A stretch of DNA of 63,394 bases, counting the filler, from Octopus bimaculoides (taxonomy: Eukaryota), in assembly GCF_001194135.2 (NCBI RefSeq). It is 6 parts of 5 records of this genome, joined end to end, with 100 filler letters (N's around TTAATTAATTAA, not from the genome) between each part and the next. Parts side by side here need not be neighbours in the genome. Positions count along the whole stretch, not along the records: positions 44,054 to 54,921 come from NC_068987.1; positions 55,022 to 61,030 come from NW_026325470.1; positions 61,131 to 63,394 come from NC_068990.1; 3 more parts are not named here. One strand, given 5' to 3'. Positions 50,354 to 63,350 of this stretch are shown here, in pieces. Under the pieces are notes generated by a model. That model did not search any database, had not been told where the DNA came from, and was given only the letters and a program-made list of their open reading frames with translations. A program made the translations under genes and the position numbers. Each line of letters starts with the position of its first letter. The first letter of the stretch is position 1.

Positions 50354-51219
50354 TTTTCGCTTCTTAGTTTGTCCTGCAGATTACATTAAGTTACAATCTC
50401 TCTAAACAGAGTTTATGAAACACTACGAAATTCTTGTTTTGAAGATGCAGTCTGGATGTATTGTGAAAGCTAATTACAAATGCGTGTGTGTGTGCGCGCG
50501 CGCGTGCGTGTGTGTGTGTGTGTGTGTGTTTTTATGTGAGTGTATGTGCGTCTATGTGTATGTATGCGTCTGTGCATGTGCGTATGTGCGTGTGCCTGTG
50601 TGCGGGCATGTGTTTATATGCGTGTGTGTATGTGCATTCTTTCATGTATCGACTGCCTCGTCCCGCTGCCAACAATTTTTCTGTTTCTCTTGTTGGTATT
50701 TCGCCTCAGCTCAACTCTACCCAATCGGATTACTAATCTGAAAGACATTCCGACCGTGACTAACCACCTCAACACTAGGGTATCTATGATTTCCTTACTC
50801 AGTGCGTCCTTCCCTATTCTTAAAACAGAAACTGGGGGGTTAAGGAGAATTTGACTGCACTTTCTGACAAGTTGAGCGATCATTTCTTCTTCTTCATAGG
50901 CTCATCATATAGTCATACATGAATGCATGCACAAACGCGCGCGTGCGCACACACACACACACACGCATATGCACACTCACAGATGTGTGTATATATACAT
51001 ACACGCACATATGTATGCATATAGATGTGTGTGTATGTATGTATATACNNNNNNNNNNTATGTATATACACACACACACACACACACACATACATATATA
51101 TAATAATATAGATTTAATCAAAAGATTAAATGTGGTACCTAAAATGTTTGAGGCACCAGAATTTGGTAGGATAAAAACCAAAAACAAAAACAAAATCGAG
51201 AGATTTGGTGAATAAAATT

Positions 51220-51746
51220 TGAAGATAAGCAACAAAAATTCAATAGGTTATAGCAGTACGTACGTTTCGTACAAGCTCCATTTATTCAAGTAGTGAGAAC
51301 ACCACAGAATGTACAATGAAAATGTACTCCTCGGCTGCATAATGGAATTTCATTTTAGAAAGACATTTTGAAGATGTTTGCAAAAAACAAGAGTAAGAGA
51401 AGAAAACATACCATCTCGACTATGCTACTGTTTCACAGACAAGTATAGTCATACATGAATGCATGCACAAACACGCGCGTGCGCGCACACACACAAACGC
51501 ATATGCACACTCACATGCACAGATGTGTGTATATATACATACACGCACATGAAACAGCAGCATAGTCTCTTACTCTTGTTTTTTGCAAACATCTTCAAAA
51601 TGTCTTTCTAAAATGAAATTCCATTATGCAGCCGAGGAGTACATTTTCATTGTACATTCTGTGGTGTTCTCACTACTTGAATAAATGGAACTTGTACAAA
51701 ACGTACGTACTGCTATAACCTATTGAATTTTTGTTGCTTATCTTCA
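51220..51746. repeat. Near-perfect inverted repeat (arms 51220-51437 and 51550-51746) enclosing a copy of 50908-51010
   Basis: Arms differ by a few substitutions and one 17-nt indel; the spacer duplicates upstream sequence. Confidence 0.85.
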
Positions 51747-52914
51747 TANNNNNNNNNNNNNNNNNNNNNNNNNNNNNNNNNNNNNNNNNNNNNNNNNNNN
51801 NNNNNNNNNNNNNNNNNNNNNNNNNNNNNNNNNNNNNNNNNNNNNNNNNNNNNNNNNNNNNNNNNNNNNNNNNNNNNNNNNNNNNNNNNNNNNNNNNNNN
51901 NNNNNNNNNNNNNNNNNNNNNNNNNNNNNNNNNNNNNNNNNNNNNNNNNNNNNNNNNNNNNNNNNNNNNNNNNNNNNNNNNNNNNNNNNNNNNNNNNNNN
52001 NNNNNNNNNNNNNNNNNNNNNNNNNNNNNNNNNNNNNNNNNNNNNNNNNNNNNNNNNNNNNNNNNNNNNNNNNNNNNNNNNNNNNNNNNNNNNNNNNNNN
52101 NNNNNNNNNNNNNNNNNNNNNNNNNNNNNNNNNNNNNNNNNNNNNNNNNNNNNNNNNNNNNNNNNNNNNNNNNNNNNNNNNNNNNNNNNNNNNNNNNNNN
52201 NNNNNNNNNNNNNNNNNNNNNNNNNNNNNNNNNNNNNNNNNNNNNNNNNNNNNNNNNNNNNNNNNNNNNNNNNNNNNNNNNNNNNNNNNNNNNNNNNNNN
52301 NNNNNNNNNNNNNNNNNNNNNNNNNNNNNNNNNNNNNNNNNNNNNNNNNNNNNNNNNNNNNNNNNNNNNNNNNNNNNNNNNNNNNNNNNNNNNNNNNNNN
52401 NNNNNNNNNNNNNNNNNNNNNNNNNNNNNNNNNNNNNNNNNNNNNNNNNNNNNNNNNNNNNNNNNNNNNNNNNNNNNNNNNNNNNNNNNNNNNNNNNNNN
52501 NNNNNNNNNNNNNNNNNNNNNNNNNNNNNNATCGCAGTGACGTGAAACGGTTTTCGAAGTTACAGAACTCTCAGTCTCACGAAGCCAACCATCGGCGAAA
52601 CTTCGAAGTCAGTGCCTACGTGTTCCTTGTAAAAACACTGCCACGATCTACCTGCGAGCATCAAGTACTTTCCCATTCAGTTATTGATGGTTTTACGTTT
52701 ATGATTATACATAAAACGTATACATTAACATTTGTGAATAAGTGAGCCTAGTTGAGTGTGTATGCGCATGTGTGTGTGGAGACAGTTGAGTGTATTTGAT
52801 GTGTATGTGTGTGTGTTCATTTATATAATACATATCTGAGTGTGTGAATGTGTTTATTTTTGTCTCTGTGTAGATGAGTGAGTGTATAAAGACACTTATC
52901 TATACACGTCTTTA

Positions 52915-52957
<43 letters not shown>

Positions 52958-52967
52958 NNNNNNNNNN

Positions 52968-53011
<44 letters not shown>

Positions 53012-53092
53012 TCCTCTGTTACTTTATGTCTCTCTATATATATGTGTGTGTATAAATATGCACACTCATGTACATATATATACATTTATATG

Positions 53093-53151
<59 letters not shown>

Positions 53152-53654
53152 TGATATTTACACGTATATATTTTCAGAAATATACGTATACACATACACA
53201 CATATACATATATATATGTGTGTGCGTATACACGCACATCACAAACACACACACATACATACATACATCAATGTACACAAGCGCACGCCGCATGCAAACA
53301 TATCCACAAGTGTTATACACTTTGCAGAGTCCACTTTTAAACTTGCAGTACAAAGCTACTGTTAATATAAAGTTGCCCTTTGATATTTCATATTTCATTT
53401 GATAACCTCGCATCTCTCTCTGCACTGCAACGCCATCTGTCACTGCTATTTACTATCACTTCATAGAATGTCATTAGTCACTGTTGAAAATCGGTTCGCT
53501 GAAACAAATGGCGGTTTTGGTGATTAAATAGTCTTCACAAAAAGACGAGCGCATGGTAGTGCAGTTAACAAACACGCTTCGCAGCCATGTTGTTTCGAGA
53601 TCAGTTTCCAACGGTCCATCCAGTGACTTGTGAGTGAATTTGGTAGAAAGAGAC

Positions 53655-54108
53655 TGTGTTATTTCTTTACTACCCAAAAGAGGCTACACACAGAGGGGAC
53701 AAACAAGGACAGACAAAGGGATTAAGTCGATTACATCGACCCCAGTGCGTAACTGGTACTTATTTAATCGATCCCGAAAGGATGAAAGGCAAAGTCGACC
53801 TCGGCGGAATTTGAACTCAGAACGTAGCGGCAGACGAAATACCGCTAAACATTTCACCCGGCGTGGTAACGTCTCTTATTTCTTTATTACCCACAAGGGA
53901 CTAAACATAGAGGGGACAAACAAGGACAGACAAACGGATTAAGTCGATTACATCGACCCCAGTGCGTAACTGGTATTTATTTAATCAATTCCGAAAGGAT
54001 GAAAGGCAAAGTCAACCTCGGCGGAATTTGAACTCAGAACGTAGCGGCAGACGAAATACCGCCAAGCATTTCGCCTGGCGTGATAATGTTTCTGCCAGCT
54101 CGCCGCCT
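53655..54108 (-). mobile_element. Head-to-tail dimer of SINE family A
   Basis: Full unit 53873-54108 followed by a unit lacking the first ~17 nt, joined at 'aaagaaataagag|acgttaccacgccggg'. Confidence 0.85.
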
Positions 54109-54586
54109 TATGTGTGGAAGCCCATCGTGTATGTGTGTGTGTTCTTGTCTGTGTTTGTGAACCTCACTAAACAGCCGGTGTTAGTTTATTTACACTTTCT
54201 TGACTTAACGGACCTATACAATAAGGACCAGACTCATAAAAAAAATATAAGTACTTGGGACAATGTGTTCAACTAAACACTTTAATTCAGTGCCCCAGCA
54301 TAGCCGCAGTCCAATAACTGAAATAAAAGAGAAAAGACAAAGAAAGAAAAATAAATTTACGTATCCAGTAGTACATGGCGAGCGTGTGGCCTAGTGATTA
54401 GGGGTGTTGTCTTTACGATCTTAAAGTAGTGGGTTCGATTTGTGGTCCGGATGGCACATCATTTCATTGTGATCCTGTCCATTGAGCAGAAAATGTGTAG
54501 CTGACCATCGTTGGTGCTGCCTTCTCTTACTCCATCTGTTACATCCTCGATATTTGTCTGAATGTTCAGTATTTGGTGTAGAACAA

Positions 54587-54805
54587 GGCGGCGAGCTGGC
54601 AGAAGCGTTAGCACGCCGGGCGAAATGCTTAGCGGTATTTCGTTCTGAGTTCAAATTCCGCCGAGGTCGACTTTGCCTTTCATCCTTTCGAGGTCGATTA
54701 AATAAATACCAGTTACGCACTGAGGTCGATATAATCGACTTAATCCCTTTGTCTGTCCTTGTTTGTCCCCTCTGTGTGTAGCCCCTTGCGGTCAGTAAAG
54801 AAATA
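54587..54805 (+). mobile_element. SINE family A, full-length reference copy
   Basis: ggcggcgagctggcagaagcgttagc (A box), gagttcaaattcc (B box), tail tgtctgtccttgtttgtcccctctgtgtgtagccccttgcggtcagtaaagaaat. Confidence 0.9.
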
Positions 54806-55106
54806 AAAAAACTACAAACTACAGACTCAATTCCAACAGTGAAAAAGTGTGGCCGATCCAATTGGGGAACTTGTGAGAACTTTATTGAAGACACAACTTA
54901 TAAATTTAAATCCGGATAAGTNNNNNNNNNNNNNNNNNNNNNNNNNNNNNNNNNNNNNNNNNNNNTTAATTAATTAANNNNNNNNNNNNNNNNNNNNNNN
55001 NNNNNNNNNNNNNNNNNNNNNTTTTATGAGGTTGCACTGATCTGGACCGATATATCGTATGGTAGTAGTAGTAGTAGTAGTAATAATAATAATAATAATA
55101 AAAATG

Positions 55107-55159
<53 letters not shown>

Positions 55160-55249
55160 CCATGGATGGAATTTATAAATATGCTTCCCTACGCGCGTTT
55201 CAACATTTCACATGTTTGTTACGATAATAGTCCGAGGCTATAGTAGACT

Positions 55250-55450
55250 ATAGTAGGCTATAGTAGAAAACACTTGCGCAATGGGACACTGAACCCGGAA
55301 CATCGTGGGGCTTATTTTCATTTTCCGCCTACCAAATCCACACACAAGGATTTGATCAGCCCAGAGCAATAATAGAAACATTTTCCCAAAATGCCACGCA
55401 CAAGAACTGCACCCGAAACCATATGGTTGAGAAGCAAGTTTCTACACCAC
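55250..55450 (-). mobile_element. SINE family B fragments
   Basis: 'ctaccaaatccacacacaagg...atatggttgagaagcaagtttctaccacac'. Confidence 0.7.
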
Positions 55451-55493
55451 ACATCCACGCCTGCGCATAATTTGTATGTGCTTGTATGCGTTT

Positions 55494-55576
<83 letters not shown>

Positions 55577-55589
55577 CGAATATCTACAT

Positions 55590-56420
55590 GAAACCTGTTT
55601 GCACTTGGCAGAGCTTTTGGTGGGAATGTTCCCCCATTGTTCCTTGCCTTCACACGGACGTATGTATTCAATTACAGAATTATTGTCTTTATTTATTCCA
55701 GCGCTGTCCATTCTACGGATGGCATTGTATATTGTTTTAACGACAGCGTTATATCGCATTGGAAAGTAGTATCTTAATGTCATTTGCGGTAAGCTGCTGG
55801 TCACATATTTCAATGTCTTGTACAGTAATATGACATAACTGACATTTTCGGTCGCATCTTGGGAGTTTCGTATCTTCACTGACTCTTTTGTTCATTAAGA
55901 ATTTCATAGCTATCTTCTGTACTGAATTACATAAGCATAACCTCCGAGATATGACGTGATGTAGCGATCACGTGTTCAAAAGAGATTACACTTCCTGTTA
56001 ATATCAGCGTTATCCTCGAGGCGGCGAACTGGTAGAATCGTTACTACGAAATGTTTGTGGATCTAATTCTTTACGTTCTGAGTTCAACTACCGCCCGGGG
56101 TCGACTTTGCCTTTTATCATTTCGTGATTGATAAAAATAAGTTCCGGTTGAGCATTAAGACCAGTATAATCAACTTCCTCTCCTTTCAAAATTGCCAGTC
56201 TTGTGCTAATATTAGAAAAGAATTTTAGCATCATTTTCAAATTTATAGAAAACAACCATGCATAGTCTCTTTCGTTGTATGTAGGGCTTCTCCGCCATGA
56301 TTTTATTGTTGTATTTTCGTCAGGTAATTTTAGGAAGGATTGCAAGCAACATCAACGGTTTGAATGTATTTATCTCATCTCATGTCATTCCATTATCTCT
56401 GCCCACTTATTTCTGTAAAG
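55590..56420 (-). pseudogene. Second R4/Dong-like ORF fragment (Cys/His knuckle to RLE start), interrupted by SINE A at 56018-56220
   Basis: ITSYLGGYAYVIQ, CDRKCQLCHITVQDIE, MTLRYYFPMRYNAVVKTIYNAIRR, WGNIPTKSSAKCK; parallels 48860-49200. Confidence 0.7.
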
Positions 56421-56425
56421 GTCAT

Positions 56426-56843
56426 TGTTGTTGGCACCCTTTTGTCTCGGGAGACAATGGAGTTGCGCATAAACTAATCCAGTCATGTTTTTACATTTCA
56501 TGTCCTCTCCAGTTTTGCACAGGCCTGGGCTAGATGTAAGAAAATCCTGGGTAGCCCAAACGTCAGCATTCCTCTCTCGACCTTGCTGACGCAGTCCAAA
56601 GGAGTGCAGAGTATTATGTTTGGCACCAGCTTGGTTACAGGAGCTGCTGGAAGAGTGTCGAGTCGAACACTAAACCGCCTACGGGGCTCCACTCCGGATT
56701 TCTTTGAAGGTTGTCTCCTTTCCGTAATCCTGGATAGGGACCCATTCCGGGTACTGTTAACCGGAGCCAGCTGAGCCCGGGACTCGTGTCGGGCAGGGTC
56801 GTCACTTCCTGAAGTAGTGAAGAAAATCGTTACCCACTACCTA
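56426..56843 (-). mobile_element. 418-bp non-coding retroposed insertion, probably RTE-derived
   Basis: 12-bp TSD tgtaaaggtcat (56414-56425 / 56844-56855); minus-strand 3' end caacaaca; GC-richer than the flanks. Confidence 0.6.
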
Positions 56844-57230
56844 TGTAAAGGTCATAGAGGCAGACATTTCAGGCTTGCCTTCCGTTGGATGCTGTCAGAA
56901 GCAACCGACTCCAGTTCATTTTTCTGGATTCCCAAGCAAAAATATATAACGGGTACCGATAGGTGTATATATATGTTAATTAGACATGTACAGTGTATAT
57001 GTGTATGTCGAAGTACAGTGCATATGTACAGTGTATATGTACAGTGTATATGTATATATGTGTATGGACGAAGACGAAAACATGCTTGTATTTTTTTTTT
57101 GTGATATTACGCTAACGGAACGGAACAGTATGGCTTAGTGGTTAGAGGGTTACATTCACGATTGTGATATCGTAGTTGCGATTCTCAGACAAGACGTTGC
57201 GTTGTGTTCTTGAGCAAAGCACTTCATTTC

Positions 57231-57268
<38 letters not shown>

Positions 57269-57919
57269 GCCCTGATATCAAACACAGTGTTAACACCTAC
57301 GGTACCTTACGGTATGTAAATTTGTAACTCAATTGTATCTATAACCACAGGATTCGTTGAGTATTTAAACAGACTGGCTGCTTGTTTGCATGGGACTGGT
57401 CAACTTAATAGGGACACTTCTGGTGAGAATGCAATAAACTTCGAAAATTGATTAACGCTGTTTGTATGTACGTATGTTCTCTTTTATTTGTTCATTATTC
57501 ACAAACACTTGTACTCTTAAACATAATATTCATGTAGAATCAATATGAAGAAGAGTGTGAAAAAGATCGATAGATAGATAGATAACTGTAGATAAATAGA
57601 TTAATCACTATATATGTGTGCATGCGTACAAAAATGTTTATATAGAGAGAGAGGGGAAGGTGGCAGTGCAGATTAACACAATAAGGCTATTACTATCTCC
57701 ATAACAACTAACCTGGATTTTTCCCGTACCCACTCTTTTCTCCGTGCACCTTGTCCTCGATAAAGAAGACTTCGGAATTTGAGTTCAAATTAATTGATCA
57801 CCATGACGTGTTTTCCGTGTTCATTATCTCTAGATCTCACCTGTTGATTGTATACATACATACAGACATACATACAGGCAGATAGACAGATAGACAGATA
57901 GACAAACTGACATGCAAGC

Positions 57920-57985
<66 letters not shown>

Positions 57986-58193
57986 TGATAGATTGATGAA
58001 AATATACATACATAAATGCATACATACATACAAGCTTACATGCAAACATACATACATACATACATGCATACATATTTGTGCGTGCGTACGTGAAATACTT
58101 CTTTGTTTCACTGAACTTTTCGCTAAAGGCCCGCACGGTAAAAAATTATTTTCGTTATCTTAACGAAATATTCCTGTTACTAAGACTAAGACA

Positions 58194-58254
<61 letters not shown>

Positions 58255-58851
58255 TTGCGTGTATATTTGTGTGTATATTTGTGTGTGAGTGAGTGTGTCT
58301 GTGTGTAACTGTGTATGTATGAACGTAAGTATGTATGCATTGTGTGCTTATGCGAACGTGTGCGTGTGCATATTTATATACATACATACATATATGTATT
58401 TTTATTTTATTTTATATTGTATATTGTATATTATATTATATATCGTATATTCCATATTCTATACCCCACATTAGTTCTGCAGGAATATAAATAAAACATA
58501 AAAAACAGACAGTGTTGGAACTNNNNNNNNNNTATATATATATATACGAGTGCAAGGGTGAAGGGACTTAGTGTGCGCATGCATAAGTGTTTGGATGTCA
58601 GCGTGTAGAAACAGGTAACCACGAAGAAGAGCAACCCTAAGGGGGATAAGTTAACAATCCTAATGACCTGTATACACAATTCCAGGACATTCTTAATATA
58701 TAAACAGTCATTCATCATTGGTGACACCACTGTGCCACTGGAGCTCTCAACGGTCACACTAACTGCACACGGAACTGTTCACACTTACTCTCCACACCAA
58801 ACTTCTTTTCAAATACTCTTACAATCGTACATACATAAATGTATGTGTGAT

Positions 58852-58902
<51 letters not shown>

Positions 58903-59090
58903 ATACATACGTATAGGTACAAATGTGTATTAACGCAATACAATCCTATACACACACACACACACACACACGCACGTAAATATATATATATATATACGTA
59001 TATGTGCCTCTGTCTGTGTGTGTATGTATTTATGTATGTATGTATGTATGTATAGATAGATAGATAGATGGATAGATGGATGGATAGATG

Positions 59091-59123
<33 letters not shown>

Positions 59124-59283
59124 GTAGGTAGGTAGGTAGGTAGGTAGGTAGGTAGGTAGGTACAGAAAGTGAGAGTGAGAGAGAAAGACATATATACTTA
59201 TATATGCTTGTTTATATATGTATTTGTGTGTGTGCGTGCGCGCGCGCGGTTTATATTGTATATGCGCGAGTTTAAATATATAC

Positions 59284-59329
<46 letters not shown>

Positions 59330-59576
59330 NNNNNNNNNNNNNNNNNNNNNNNNNNNNNNNNNNNNNNNNNNNNNNNNNNNNNNNNNNNNNNNNNNNNNNN
59401 NNNNNNNNNNNNNNNNNNNNNNNNNNNNNNNNNNNNNNNNNNNNNNNNNNNNNNNNNNNNNNNNNNNNNNNNNNNNNNNNNNNNNNNNNNNNNNNNNNNN
59501 NNNNNNNNNNNNNNNNNNNNNNNNNNNNNNNNNNNNNNNNNNNNNNNNNNNNNNNNNNNNNNNNNNNNNNNNNNNN

Positions 59577-59634
<58 letters not shown>

Positions 59635-59799
59635 TTATATGACATATACACGCACACACGCGTACTCATATAAATATATACACTCTGTCATCAATGAGTA
59701 ACTGCAGTCCTCAAGGAATTCAGAACTGTTGGCTCGTTTCATATAATGTACCAGACAGAATGGCTGACAGTTTTTCTCTGTCTGGTGACCATAGTGATA

Positions 59800-60710
59800 A
59801 AGATTGCCAACATTGAAAGAACTTGAGACAGACACTTTACCTCTTCGGCCAAGTCTTCGTACGCTTTGCCAAACTCTTCTTGGAGAGATAAATTATGGAA
59901 ACATGAATAAGGTGCTGCTTTTTAACCAATCTGCTGAAAATGGTCGACTGTATCGAATATTATCTCTTCGTTAGAGACTAGTCTTAGAATACGTCTTCGG
60001 TGAAGTTCTCAAAAGTTTTTTCAGACTCTTCTTGGAGAGAAGGAATATGGTAAAAAATGAAAAATAGATGGTACCGCTCTGCAGTAAATCTGATGAAAAA
60101 TGTTCGACAGTATCAAGTTTGCTGCCAATGATAGGAACTAGCCTTAGTATTCCCTTCAGCCAAGTCTTCATAGCTTTTGTCCAAACATTTCTTGGAGACA
60201 AAGAATGTGGTGAAAATAGAAGCCGCAGTTTTCTAGGAATTCCGCGGAAAAGTGATCGACAGTAATGAGTCGCAATTATTGGGATTACTCTTAGACTCCC
60301 TTATGGCAAATTCCTCAAAGACCTTTCAAACACTTTTTAGAGAGAAAGATTATGCCGAAAGAAGGAAGGCACCACTCTTTTTCAGTCTAATTAAAGATGG
60401 TCGCTAGTATCTCATGTATGGTCCCTATGTTAGGGACCGGTCCTGGAATACCATCCAGCTAATTTCTCGTGGACTTTTACACGCACTTCTTACAGAGGAA
60501 GATTATGGTAAAATAGAAACCACTGCTTTCTAGTAAGAATACCGAAACGTAGTCGATTGTATTGGGTATGGTTCCGATGATAGTAACTAGTCTTTGAATA
60601 TTTCTTTAGTCGAGTCCTAAAAGATTTGTCCAAACTCTTCTTAGAGACGAAGATTATGGTAAAAAAATAAAAATGCTATTTTCTAATAAATCTTGTGAAT
60701 TGTGATCGGC
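59800..60710 (+). repeat. Diverged tandem repeat, ~152-bp period, about 6 units
   Basis: Anchor 'ctcttcttggagag..attatgg' at ~59874, 60026, 60186, 60331, 60484 and 60635. Confidence 0.8.
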
Positions 60711-60744
60711 AGAAGTAAATATACCCACGTTCCCTTGCCACTAC

Positions 60745-61030
60745 TCTCTCTCTCTCTACCTCTCTCTACCTCTCTCTCTCTCGCTACCTCTATCTCTCTC
60801 TATCTCTCTCTCTCTCTACCTCTCTCTCTACCTCTCTCTACCTCTCTCTCTCGCTACCTCTATCTCTCTCTATCTCTCTCTACCTCTCTCTCTACCTCTC
60901 TCTCTACCTCTCTCTACCACTCTCTCTCGCTACCTCTCTCTCTCCACCCCTCTCTCTCTCTACCTCTCTCTCTCTACCTCTCTCTCTCTATCTCTCTCTC
61001 TCTACCTCTCTCTCTCTACCTCTCTCTCTC
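60745..61030 (+). repeat. (CT)n/CTCTAC compound microsatellite
   Basis: Directly visible. Confidence 0.9.
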
Positions 61031-61130
61031 NNNNNNNNNNNNNNNNNNNNNNNNNNNNNNNNNNNNNNNNNNNNTTAATTAATTAANNNNNNNNNNNNNN
61101 NNNNNNNNNNNNNNNNNNNNNNNNNNNNNN

Positions 61131-61865
61131 GACTGACAAACTAAGCTGAAATTAATTTGTCTGTCCATAGAGAATTCATTGGACTAACCAACTAGCCTGA
61201 AATTTATTTGTCTATCCATTACTGAAATTAATTTGTCTATCCATACAGAATTAGGATAACTAACGAACTGAGCTGGAATTAAATTGTCTATCTATAGAGA
61301 ATTCATATGGCTAATAAACTGTGCTAAAATTAATATCTCTATCCACAGAGAAATCATATAACTGACAAACTAAGCTGAAATTAATTTCTCTATCCATAAA
61401 GAATTCGCATGACTAACAAACAAAGTTAATTTGTCTATCCATACAGAAATCGTATGATTATGTACTAGGCAGAAATTTAATTTGTCTATTCATAAAGAAA
61501 TCACATGACTAACGAACTAAACTAAAATTAAGTTGTCTATCCATCAAGAAATCACATGAAATCATACAAGCTAAGCTGAAATTAATTTGTCTATCCATAG
61601 AGGAATTGTATGACTAATGGATTAAGCTGAAATGAATTGATCTATCCATAGAGGAATTGTATAACTAACAAACTAATCTGAAATTAATTTGTTTCTCCAT
61701 AAAGAGTTTGTATGACTAATGAACTAAGCTGAAATTCCTTTGTATCCCCATCAAGAGTTTCTATGACTAAGGAACTAACCAGAAATTTCATTGTTTATCC
61801 ATAGCTGAAATTAATTTGTCTAACCATTGAGAAATTATAAGAGAAACAAACTAAGCTGGCATTCA
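61131..61865 (+). repeat. ~51-bp minisatellite, about 15 units
   Basis: Unit approximately gactaacaaactaagctgaaattaatttgtctatccatagagaattcatat. Confidence 0.9.
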
Positions 61866-61869
61866 TGTC

Positions 61870-62504
61870 TGTCCAAAAAGAATTTATTTAGGCATGAGGA
61901 TAGCTGTGTGAAAAAGTGCCACTCCCTAACAGTTGAGGGAACCCGTGGAAGAGGTAGGCCCAGGAAGACCTGGGCTGAGGTGGTGAGGCAAGACCTTCGA
62001 ACATTGGGCCTCACCGAGGCGATGACTACTGACCGAGACCTTTGGAAATGTGCTGTGCGTGAGAAGACCCGGCAAGCCAAGTGAGATCGTTGCCCGTGCC
62101 CCTGGACTGGCTCTTGTGCGGGTGGCACATAAGATGTACCATCCTGAGCATGACCGTTGCCAGTACCGCCTGACTGGCCTTGTAGGGTTTTCGAGCGAGA
62201 TCGTTGCCAGTGCCCCTGGACTGGCTNNNNNNNNNNNNNNNNNNNNNNNNNNNNNNNNNNNNNNNNNNNNNNNNNNNNNNNNNNNNNCGGGTGGCACATA
62301 AAAGACACCATTTCGAGCGTGGCCGTTTTCGTGCGGGTGACACGTAAAAGCACCCACTACACTCTCTGAGTGGTTGGCGTTAGGAAGGGCATCCAGCTGT
62401 AGAAACTCTGCCAAATTAGATTGGAGCCTGGTGTAGCCATCCGGTTGCACCAGTCCTCAGTCAAATCGTCCAACCCATGCTAGCATGGAAAGCGGACGTT
62501 AAAC

Positions 62505-62537
<33 letters not shown>

Positions 62538-62538
62538 A
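61870..62538 (+). mobile_element. RTE-clade LINE 3' end (ORF to 62084, repeated 3' UTR, (GAT)n tail)
   Basis: VEGTRGRGRPRKTWAEVVRQDL..DRDLWK; tail gatgatgat at 62506-62538. Confidence 0.9.
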
Positions 62539-63350
62539 ATTGGTTATACAAATGCTTGTGCAAAACAACTTTTTGCGCTGCCTTGATTATACTTGGCAGG
62601 GTAATCCCTTTTCGCAGGAGGTAGGACGGCAATTTCTGATGAAGCAATTGCTGGTGATCTGTTGCTACACAATTCAGCCAGAATTCTATCAGATTGGGCA
62701 GTAGATGTTGATGCACCATTTTGCATTATGTTCAAAGTAGCTTCTGGAATGTGGTGAATTGCTGCAGTCTAAAGTTGACTTTTTAAACCGGTTGCTTTCT
62801 TTCCCCAGCAAGCTCTCTTCTTTGTAATGAAGTTCACTGATTTGCAATGTGTTGTCCATAAGCTCCGTAGTTTGTATATTTACAAAACATTGACGAACAT
62901 GAGTTATATTGTAGTGAATGCTTGTGTGTATGTGCGCATGTATGCATTTGAGAGAGTGAGAGAAAATAAGGAAAGAGGAAAAGAGAGAGAAAGAGAATGG
63001 GAGAAAGGAATAGAGAACGAGAGCAATGAAGAGAGAGAAAGAGAGGAAGGGAGAACAGAAGACAGTTATAAAATAGCAATGCGTGCGCGTGTTTATATAA
63101 GAAACACACAGAAACTAAATCTTATATCTATAATGTTGATGTGTATGTGTGTTTCTGTGTATTTTGTCACAGATCATATATGTGTAGTTGTGTGTGTTTT
63201 TACGTTTCTATGTAATGAAAAATATGTTAGGGGTAGAGGGATAGAAGAAAGCTATTAAATGGGAGAGATGAAGAAGAATGAAGTAAGAGTGAAAAGGTAG
63301 AAGGAAAGAATAGTCTTAAAGCAAGTTAATCTATGACTTTGTATGTATCA

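Noticed and set aside
53500-53600. YY1-like motifs (aaatggcgg, gccatgtt) suggesting a promoter
   Set aside because: Short motifs with no linked exon or other promoter evidence.
55612-55765. Plus-strand two-exon candidate (AFGGNVPP...DGIVYCFNDSV)
   Set aside because: The 42-nt intron is implausibly short, and the minus strand encodes an R4-like retrotransposon fragment that explains the region.
59800-61865. 152-bp period being about three times the neighbouring 51-bp period
   Set aside because: No sequence similarity between the units, and an artificial spacer (61075-61086) separates them.
61131-61865. CRISPR-like regular array
   Set aside because: The whole unit repeats with no unique spacers, the context is eukaryotic, and no cas genes are present.
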